Of a stretch of DNA of 64,000 nt, positions 57,735 through 64,000 are shown one piece after another. The translations under genes were made by a program, and so were the position numbers. The DNA is from Acholeplasmataceae bacterium (lineage in GTDB: Bacteria; Bacillota_I; Bacilli_A; Acholeplasmatales; UBA5453). The notes beneath the pieces are model-generated. The model did not search any database and was not told the DNA's origin. It saw only the letters and a list, made by a program, of their open reading frames with translations. Location of the stretch: assembly GCA_012837645.1 (NCBI GenBank), contig DUQU01000040.1, positions 9,834 through 73,833 of the forward strand, in the 5' to 3' direction. Every line of letters begins with the position of its first letter. The stretch's first letter is position 1.

Positions 57735-58978
57735 TATAGTACCTCCATCAAAATAGTTATTTCTCTATTTTTTATTAATTCTTCTGCTTTTAGAATTACT
57801 TTATTCATTTCTGCCGGTTGTACATATCTTTTTTTAACTTCTTTGATAACTTTATCATCTTGTTTTATAACAATTTTAGCCCTTTCAGCTTTTTTAGCAG
57901 TTCTAAAATAGACTTCGAAAGAATCCTCTAAATTATTATAGTCAACTAAATTAGGCACTGTATAACCGATGTTTGTACCGCTAATAATTTTTCTTTCTTC
58001 TCTTTCTTTTTTATCGGCTTCACGAAGAAATGCCAATGCACACTGACTAGCTTTTTTAGCTTCTAAAACCACATAATCAACAAGATCGTGAATGTGAAGA
58101 GCATTTCCAGCTACAAACAAGCCTTCAATCGAGGTTTGATAATTTTGATTAACACTCGCGCTTTCTGTTTTATTAAGTGCCATTTTAAAATCATCTAATA
58201 AATTAATTTCTGGAATTAAACCGACGGATAATAATAAAGTATCGACGTTAAATTCTTTTTCTGTCCCTTTAATGGGATTAAAATTAATGTCTACTTCGCT
58301 AATTACTACTTTCTCAACATTTTTATCTCCGACTACATTAGTAACTGTATGTGATAAGTAGAGGGGAATGTTAAAGTCATCTAAACATTGGACAATGTTT
58401 CTTGTTAGTCCATTGGGAGCCGGCATGATCTCAGCGACTCCATGCACTTTTGCACCTTCTAAAGTCATCCTTCTTGCCATAATAAGGCCAATATCTCCGC
58501 TTCCTAAAATAAAGACATCTTTACCAACTAAATAACCATCAGAGTTTAAATATCTTTGCGCACTACCAGCGGTATGAATACCGTTTAATCTTTTACCAAC
58601 TAAAGCAATACCGCCAACTGTTCTTTCATAACTTCCGCTCGTTAAAATTACTGCTTTAGCATCGACTTCCTTTAAACCTTCTTTACTAGTTATAACAACA
58701 AGAAATCTTTCTCCGTTCTTTTTGATTTCAATTACCGAAGTTTCAAGCATTACCTCGACATTAGTTTCTTTTAATTCACTTTCTAATCTGCTTGCAAACT
58801 CAGGCCCTGTTAATTCTTCTTTAAAATATTGCAGACCAAAGCCATTATGAACACAAATATTTAGAATACCGCCTAGTTTATTGTCTCTTTCAACTAATAA
58901 TACATCGACGTTACTAGCAGAGATTGCGGCCATCATTCCCGCCGCTCCTCCTCCTATTACAACAAGATCTTTTTTCAT
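57734..58978 (-). CDS. FAD/NAD(P)-binding pyridine-nucleotide-disulfide-type oxidoreductase
   Basis: VVIGGGAAGMMAA (FAD fold) and a second Rossmann motif FILGSGDIGLIMA; 414 aa. Confidence 0.75.
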   Translation of the reverse strand: MKKDLVVIGGGAAGMMAAISASNVDVLLVERDNKLGGILNICVHNGFGLQYFKEELTGPEFASRLESELKETNVEVMLETSVIEIKKNGERFLVVITSKEGLKEVDAKAVILTSGSYERTVGGIALVGKRLNGIHTAGSAQRYLNSDGYLVGKDVFILGSGDIGLIMARRMTLEGAKVHGVAEIMPAPNGLTRNIVQCLDDFNIPLYLSHTVTNVVGDKNVEKVVISEVDINFNPIKGTEKEFNVDTLLLSVGLIPEINLLDDFKMALNKTESASVNQNYQTSIEGLFVAGNALHIHDLVDYVVLEAKKASQCALAFLREADKKEREERKIISGTNIGYTVPNLVDYNNLEDSFEVYFRTAKKAERAKIVIKQDDKVIKEVKKRYVQPAEMNKVILKAEELIKNREITILMEVL

Positions 58979-58980
58979 AA

Positions 58981-60414
58981 TTATTCTTTCGTCTCTTTCT
59001 TTAAAATTGGAGTGCCTTTTTCATAATAATTTATTTCGGTCATTTTTTTATGTTTTTCTCTCGCAATTATTTTTAGGACTAAACTCTCACAATAGCCACC
59101 TTGGCAAACTCCCGCACCCGCTCTCGTGCGTTTTTTAATTCCTTTGATAGTATCGCTACCAACCGGACTATTAATACTAGCTATTATTTCCTGTTCAGTT
59201 ACCATTTCACATTTGCATATAATATTTCCATGAAGCGGTTTCCTGTTAATTAATTCGCTTTTTTCTTTAGTTGTTAATTCTTTAAATGGTTTGCTTTTTT
59301 TTATAAACTTTTGGTAATTAGTTTTCTTGATTAAAGGATACTTACCAGCGATCATCTTTATTAAATATTCCGCAATCGCCGGAGCTGCAGTTAAGCCTGG
59401 AGAATCGACTCCACCTAAATGATAAACTTTCGGATTAGAAAGCGATTCTTTCAGATAAAAATCTTCATAATTAGATGAAGCTCTAACACCAGCGAAAGTA
59501 CGAATATTAGCATCAAAGGGAATGTTTTTAGCTTGCTTCATCGCTTCGTTTTTGACAAAATTTAACCCTTCTTGAGTAGTAGAGACATCGGTTTTATCAC
59601 TAATAACTTCAGCATTGGGTCCCACTAAAATATTACCGTGAGTTTGAGGAGTTAATAATACCCCTTTACTCTTTTTACTGGGTAAAGGATATAAGACTCT
59701 CTTTAAATAACCATCTACGCTATGGTCTAAAACGAAATATTCTCCTCTTTTGGGAATAATATGAAACGGCAAATCCGTTTCTATCATCTTGGCTACCTCA
59801 TCGCTAAATACTCCAGCAGCGTTAATAATACCCTTCGTTTTAAATTCAGTTTCATTAGTTTTGATAAGATAATAATTATCTACTTTTTTAATATTAATTA
59901 CTTCATTATTTAAAAACACTTCTAAACCATTAGCACTAGCATTTTCTAATAAATTAAAACATACCTCCCAAGGAAAAGTTACCATCGTCGTCGGTAAACT
60001 TAAAACTCCCACTAAATCATCTCTTAAATTAGGTTCTTCTTGAAGCGCTTCTTCTTTACTTAAAATAAAAGCTTCCTTAACACCATTATAATGGGCTCTT
60101 TTTTTAAGGCTATTTAATGTTTCTAAATCATCCTCATCATGGGCAACAACAAAAGCTCCTGTCTTCCTTAAAGGAATACTGAGTTCTTCTTGATATTTCC
60201 GATATAACTCATTACCTCTAACACAAAGCCGTGCTTTTAAAGTGTCTTCCTTAGGATCATGGCCAGAATGAATAATCCCACTATTGGCAATAGTTTGCCC
60301 ATTAGCAAGATCACTTTCTTTTTCAAGAAGCGCTACTTTTAACTGATATTTAGATAACTCCCAAGCGGCAAATGAACCTACTATCCCACTCCCAATTACA
60401 ACAAAATCATACAT
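58981..60414 (-). CDS. FAD-dependent oxidoreductase with C-terminal BFD-like [2Fe-2S] domain (GlpA/glycerol-3-phosphate dehydrogenase-like)
   Basis: FVVIGSGIVGSFAAWEL (DAO-type FAD fold). The C-terminal Cys pattern CKCEMVT...AGAGVCQGGYC is typical of BFD-like 2Fe-2S domains. Confidence 0.7.
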   Translation of the reverse strand: MYDFVVIGSGIVGSFAAWELSKYQLKVALLEKESDLANGQTIANSGIIHSGHDPKEDTLKARLCVRGNELYRKYQEELSIPLRKTGAFVVAHDEDDLETLNSLKKRAHYNGVKEAFILSKEEALQEEPNLRDDLVGVLSLPTTMVTFPWEVCFNLLENASANGLEVFLNNEVINIKKVDNYYLIKTNETEFKTKGIINAAGVFSDEVAKMIETDLPFHIIPKRGEYFVLDHSVDGYLKRVLYPLPSKKSKGVLLTPQTHGNILVGPNAEVISDKTDVSTTQEGLNFVKNEAMKQAKNIPFDANIRTFAGVRASSNYEDFYLKESLSNPKVYHLGGVDSPGLTAAPAIAEYLIKMIAGKYPLIKKTNYQKFIKKSKPFKELTTKEKSELINRKPLHGNIICKCEMVTEQEIIASINSPVGSDTIKGIKKRTRAGAGVCQGGYCESLVLKIIAREKHKKMTEINYYEKGTPILKKETKE

Positions 60415-60521
60415 ACAATTCTCCTTATCAAAAGAAAAAAGAAAAAAACGTTAAACTACATTTTTTCCTCTTCTACTCTTTTTTTAATATTAACTTTTAA
60501 TCGCTTTTTTAAAGCAATTAA

Positions 60522-60550
60522 ATTATAACCTAAAATACCCTTAATTTCAA
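60522..60550 (-). promoter_or_regulatory. Sigma-A-type promoter for the GlpA-like operon
   Basis: Minus strand TTGAAA (60545-60550), 17 nt, TATAAT (60522-60527). Predicts a ~100-nt leader. Confidence 0.55.
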
Positions 60551-60732
60551 GCCACCTAACTTTGCTTGTTTGGTATTTTTTCTAATTATTTTAGACAAAT
60601 ACCGCAAGTTTTACTGCATTATTGTTGTCCTAACTAAAATAATTTCTTTTTCTTAACTATCTTTATTTACTTTTAAGACTCTTTTTATCAGTTTTTACTT
60701 TCGATTAAATATTTCAAGAGACCAGCATCAAT

Positions 60733-61011
60733 TTAATTATTATCCGTCTCTTTTATTTCTACAACTGGTTTTCCTTCTAAAATTGCCGTTAGGGGAATAA
60801 GTAAATAAGCGAGCCAAGAAACTGCCCATGCACCATAAAAATAACCTAAACTATAAAAAATGATAGTTGCTAAAAAAGGCATCAGCGCTGTTATTAAATA
60901 ATTATTAGGCTTGTTTTCAACTAAAATCGTAATCATAAACGGTAATAGAAGAATTTGCCAAAAATAAGCCCAATTACTAAACATTAAGCCAAAAACAATA
61001 AACAAAACCAA
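60733..61011 (-). CDS. Small hydrophobic protein (3 predicted TM segments), hypothetical
   Basis: 92-aa ORF with a TTG start in the track and no clear RBS. Strongly hydrophobic, with a regular TM pattern. Confidence 0.35.
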   Translation of the reverse strand: MVLFIVFGLMFSNWAYFWQILLLPFMITILVENKPNNYLITALMPFLATIIFYSLGYFYGAWAVSWLAYLLIPLTAILEGKPVVEIKETDNN

Positions 61012-61140
61012 GCTAATTAAAAAACTTGTTAAAACTATTATTCTTTTATTGTATATTTGTATTTAGAGTAATTACTGCCTCCCAAAAATTTAAATTAAAA
61101 CTTGCTTTTTTAAGAAAAAACACAACTACTTTTAAAAAAA

Positions 61141-61211
61141 TAACCACTCAAATAAACTTTTTAACCACTTATCACTTTTAATTAGATTTTTTATTTTAAT
61201 CCCATTATAAT
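61141..61211 (+). promoter_or_regulatory. Direct repeats (candidate LytTR binding sites) and promoter of the LytTR operon
   Basis: TAACCACTC (61141-61149) and TAACCACTT (61162-61170), 21 nt start-to-start. Weak -35 TTAGAT (61182-61187) and TATAAT (61206-61211). Confidence 0.55.
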
Positions 61212-61248
61212 TAAGATGTCGACAAAGCAAGAGAAAGAGAGGTAAAAA

Positions 61249-61683
61249 ATGAGAGTAAAAATCGTTATCAATGAATTATTTGAACATGACTACGTTGAGA
61301 TTCATACCAAGGAAGTAAATAAAGAAATAAGCGAGGCAGTTTTACAACTTCAAAACAATACTAAAGTGATTCCAGTTAATGAGGACGGAAAAATAAAAGT
61401 TCTCAAACAAACTGAAATATATTTAGTAAAAAGTAGTGAAGGATCTTTAATCGTAAAAACAAAAGACAAAACATACACGCTTAATAAAAAACTTTATGAA
61501 GTTCCTTTGTTAATGGGTCCGGATTTTATGAGAATTTCCAAAAGCACTTATATTAATTTAAAACACCTTGATAGTGTTGAAGCAACCTTTGGTGGAGTAA
61601 TGAGAGTTAATTTGAAAAATAATGACAAGGATTATATTTCAAGAATGTATGTTAAGGAATTAAAGAAATATTTAAAAATTTAA
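61249..61683 (+). CDS. Stand-alone LytTR-domain DNA-binding protein (no receiver domain)
   Basis: 144 aa. The C-terminal ...IYLVKSSEGSLIVKTKDKTYTLNKKLYEV...FMRISKSTYINLKHLDSVE......V.L.N.....ISR.Y.KELKK is the LytTR fold pattern. Confidence 0.8.
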   Translation: MRVKIVINELFEHDYVEIHTKEVNKEISEAVLQLQNNTKVIPVNEDGKIKVLKQTEIYLVKSSEGSLIVKTKDKTYTLNKKLYEVPLLMGPDFMRISKSTYINLKHLDSVEATFGGVMRVNLKNNDKDYISRMYVKELKKYLKI

Positions 61684-61695
61684 AAGGAGAGAATA

Positions 61696-62118
61696 ATGAA
61701 AATATTAAAAAATATTCTTATGGGGTTAATGTCTGGATTTACAATGATGACAATTAGTTTGTTATTTATAGTGTTGTTTGAAAGTGAATTAGGAGAAATT
61801 CTAACAAAAACCAGCATCTTAAAAAGCATTTTAAGCAGCGCTTTAATTGGAGTAACTTTTTATTTGGGTAGTTTAATTTATGAAAACGATAAACTAGCCA
61901 TGGGTTTAAAAACACTTATTCACATGGGCTCAGGTTTGATAGTGTTTTATTTAGGAGCGATATTTGCTGAGTGGATTCCTCTTTATGGTGGGATTGGTGC
62001 CTTAATTGGATTTGTGTTATTTACGTTAGCTATTTCATTTTCAATTTGGTTTGGTTATTATCTTTATTATAAAAAAGAAGCTAAAAAGATTAATGCTCAA
62101 ATTCACAATCGCCAATAA
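61696..62118 (+). CDS. Four-TM membrane protein (DUF3021-like), partner of the LytTR protein
   Basis: 140 aa with four clear hydrophobic helices. Starts 12 nt after the LytTR gene, behind AAGGAGAG. Confidence 0.65.
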   Translation: MKILKNILMGLMSGFTMMTISLLFIVLFESELGEILTKTSILKSILSSALIGVTFYLGSLIYENDKLAMGLKTLIHMGSGLIVFYLGAIFAEWIPLYGGIGALIGFVLFTLAISFSIWFGYYLYYKKEAKKINAQIHNRQ

Positions 62119-62285
62119 CTAACAAAGAAAAATACGAAATCGCATCTCAAAAGTTTTGATAATTACATTGAGTTTTACAATAAAGTAAGGCTGGAAAGCA
62201 AATTAGATTGCCATATTCCGGTATTAAATAGGAGTGTGGCAATCTAATTTTTGTTTTATTTAACGTGTCTACTTGACAAGTGTCA
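62119..62285 (+). mobile_element. IS3-family transposase C-terminal remnant with probable right end
   Basis: The frame reads ..KSHLKSFDNYIEFYNKVRLESKLDCHIPVLNRSVAI* (stop 62245-62247), matching the conserved C-terminal tail of IS3/IS150 OrfB (..YI.yYN..R....L...sP..yR). No catalytic core lies upstream. TGACAagTGTCA ends at 62285 (IS3 ends finish in ..CA). Confidence 0.6.
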
Positions 62286-62304
62286 GTTCGCTCTATAACC
62301 TAAG

Positions 62305-62910
62305 TTATTTTTTATAATATTCGTCTTTCAATTTATTCCAATAAATTTTATCATCATTGTTAATTTTTCTAATTACACGACAAGGATTACCTGCAGCAAC
62401 TACATTACTTGGTATCTCCTTAGTAACTACAGACCCAGAACCAATTACCGAATTATCTCCAATTTTAACACCAGGATTAACTATTACATTACCTCCTAAC
62501 CAAACATTATCACCAATTATAATTTTTTTACCGTACTCAAGGTTACTAGTTCTTATTAAGGGATCAATAGGATGACCGGCTGTATATAATGAAACATTAG
62601 GCCCCAATAAAACGTTATTGCCAATAATTACTTTAGAAACATCTATAATCGTTAAATTAAAATTGCTATAAAAGTTATCTCCAATTTCAATATTAAACCC
62701 ATAATCAACATATAAAGATTTATTGATATTAGCATTAATACCAATACGACCAAATAGTTTATTAGCTATTTCTCTTCTTTTTTGAAAGTCAGAATGTCTA
62801 GTATTATTAAATTCATCCATCATTGTTCTAGCCTTATTATTTAAATCTCTTAACTCTTGATCATTAGCCATATATAGTTTTTCTTTTAACATTTTCTCTT
62901 TTTCAGTCAT
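62305..62910 (-). CDS. maa: Maltose/galactoside O-acetyltransferase (hexapeptide-repeat family)
   Basis: N-terminal Mac domain (MLKEKLYMANDQEL...), left-handed beta-helix repeats (IGDNVWLGGNVIVNPGVKIGDNSVIGSGSVV) and AAGNPCRVIRKI. Confidence 0.8.
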   Translation of the reverse strand: MTEKEKMLKEKLYMANDQELRDLNNKARTMMDEFNNTRHSDFQKRREIANKLFGRIGINANINKSLYVDYGFNIEIGDNFYSNFNLTIIDVSKVIIGNNVLLGPNVSLYTAGHPIDPLIRTSNLEYGKKIIIGDNVWLGGNVIVNPGVKIGDNSVIGSGSVVTKEIPSNVVAAGNPCRVIRKINNDDKIYWNKLKDEYYKK

Positions 62911-62982
62911 ATTTTAACCTTCCTTGTTATAATTTTAAAACATAAAAATGCTTACTACATGAATACCTTATTATAGTAATTT

Positions 62983-64000
62983 TCATAAATTATCATTTAG
63001 CAAGAAATCTATAATATTTAAATGAATAATCCCGTCTTGAGTGAAATCAATTTCATCCATGGATATTACATACTTAGGAAAATTATCTTTAATATGATTA
63101 TACACACCAAATTCTCTTTTTCTGGTATCCTCGTTATTCATTAAATATGTTACCTGATAGTAGTGAATTTTATTTTCTTTAATAGCAACAAAATCAATTT
63201 CATATTGATTTACTTTACCGATATAAACTTTAAAACCTCTCCTTAAAAGCTCATTAAAAACGATGTTTTCTAAAATCATTTCAATTACTTGATTATTATT
63301 ACCAACTAAAGCTTCTCTCATACCGTGGTCAGTAATATAATATTTTTCTTCTGTTTTCAATACCCTTTTACCAATTAAATCATGTCTTTTAACCTTGTGA
63401 ATTAAAAAAGCTTGTTCAATGTTATTTAAGTAGTTTAAAACAGTATCGACTGACACTCCGATCTTTTGGCTTTTAAAATAATTAGAAATGGAATTTGCGG
63501 AAAACGTCTTACCGATATTTGTAAATACATATTGAATTATTTTTTCTAATACAACTGTGTTTCTAATTTTATATCTGGAAACTATATCTTGCAAAACTGC
63601 AGATTTAAATGAATCTCTTAAAATATTCATTGATAAAGCATAATCCAAATTAAGAGATTCAATTGATGGCATCCCCCCAAAGTTTACATAGTCATTAAAT
63701 GTCCCCTTTGGATATAAAACTATAAATTCTTGATAAGATAGCGGATAAACTGTTATCTCAAGATAACGGCCAGCTAAATAAGTTGATAAATCTGAAGATA
63801 ATAAATCAGCATTAGATCCAGTAATATAAATATCAAAAATATTCATAGCGTGAAAAGCATTAACCGCTTTTTCCCAAGCATTAACACGTCCTACTTCATC
63901 TAATAATAGATATAAAGGGCCTACTTTATTTTTAGCCCACTCAAGGACATAATCTGTAAGCTCTTGATAACCACCTATACTAAAACTTTCTGGTAGCTCA
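62983..64000 (-). CDS. AAA_14 / DUF4143-family ATPase (5' end beyond the window)
   Basis: The reading frame stays open from 63846 to the window end (..GPLYLLLDEVGRVNAWEKAVNAFHAMNIFDIYITGSNADLLSSDLSTYLAGRY..). The DEVQ-like Walker B / ITGS pattern and the C-terminal DUF4143-like region are present. Confidence 0.65.
   Translation of the reverse strand, partial: ELPESFSIGGYQELTDYVLEWAKNKVGPLYLLLDEVGRVNAWEKAVNAFHAMNIFDIYITGSNADLLSSDLSTYLAGRYLEITVYPLSYQEFIVLYPKGTFNDYVNFGGMPSIESLNLDYALSMNILRDSFKSAVLQDIVSRYKIRNTVVLEKIIQYVFTNIGKTFSANSISNYFKSQKIGVSVDTVLNYLNNIEQAFLIHKVKRHDLIGKRVLKTEEKYYITDHGMREALVGNNNQVIEMILENIVFNELLRRGFKVYIGKVNQYEIDFVAIKENKIHYYQVTYLMNNEDTRKREFGVYNHIKDNFPKYVISMDEIDFTQDGIIHLNIIDFLLNDNL

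Noticed and set aside
1-64000. Short ORFs in the six-frame track lying antisense to, or out of frame within, long well-supported genes. These are 2167..2373, 7888..8127, 9060..9254, 9163..9369, 10057..10338, 10506..10727, 20495..20701, 25675..25908, 31286..31564, 32564..32755, 33541..33783, 35391..35606, 36907..37092, 39175..39372, 40117..40347, 42345..42557, 49038..49250, 49684..49983, 57430..57684, 58881..59138 and 62357..62575.
   Set aside because: Each is fully or largely embedded in a gene with clear family motifs. None has a recognisable RBS or motif. Their low-complexity composition is typical of shadow ORFs in AT-rich DNA.
1-64000. Search for CRISPR arrays, tRNA/rRNA genes, prophage or defence-system gene sets, and evidence for genetic code 4 (TGA = Trp).
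   Set aside because: No regularly spaced direct repeats and no tRNA-like (GGTTCGAATCC-type) or rRNA sequence were seen. No clusters of nucleases, helicases or methylases are present. Long conserved genes are uninterrupted under the standard code, and several genes end in TGA.

Overview
Visibly AT-rich, gene-dense chromosomal segment (about 75 protein genes, mostly on the minus strand). The source is probably a low-G+C Bacillota or Mollicutes-related bacterium (Erysipelotrichia/Acholeplasma-like, judged from gene order only). The standard code applies, since TGA is used as a stop (e.g. GntR 143-145, sufU 35309-35311). Most of the window is core housekeeping. Translation genes: rpsP-KH-rimM-trmD-rplS, rpsD, trpS, tyrS, def, thiI. 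Glycolysis: gap, and pgk-X-tpiA. Fe-S assembly: sufCDSUB. A Bacillus-like spx / pepF / CYTH / nadK neighbourhood is also present. Amino-acid and pyruvate catabolism is prominent: tdh-kbl (Thr), a six-gene tnaA-like + folate-dependent hut cluster (His), a 1181-aa pyruvate:ferredoxin oxidoreductase, and a GlpA-like flavoprotein trio. Cis-regulatory RNAs recognisable by eye are a cobalamin riboswitch (~2765-2985, minus), a THF riboswitch (~6345-6440, minus) and a Trp-specific T-box (15405-15599, plus). Candidate L19 and S4 leaders are also noted. I saw no rRNA, tRNA, CRISPR array or intact mobile element, only a C-terminal IS3-family transposase remnant (62119-62285) beside a small accessory patch. 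There are two clear single-base frameshift pseudogenes, a YwaF-like membrane protein and metQ. I did not find a convincing, wholly novel multi-gene system. The best follow-up candidates are: (1) an HTH-cupin regulator embedded between pgk and tpiA; (2) a receiver-less LytTR regulator with a membrane partner and 21-nt-phased direct repeats; (3) a B12-riboswitch-controlled DUF4430 lipoprotein plus S-component pair; (4) a CIRCE-variant operator on hsp20; (5) an unassigned structured leader at 40566-40689. All family calls rest on reading the translated ORFs and motifs by eye. No database search was run.
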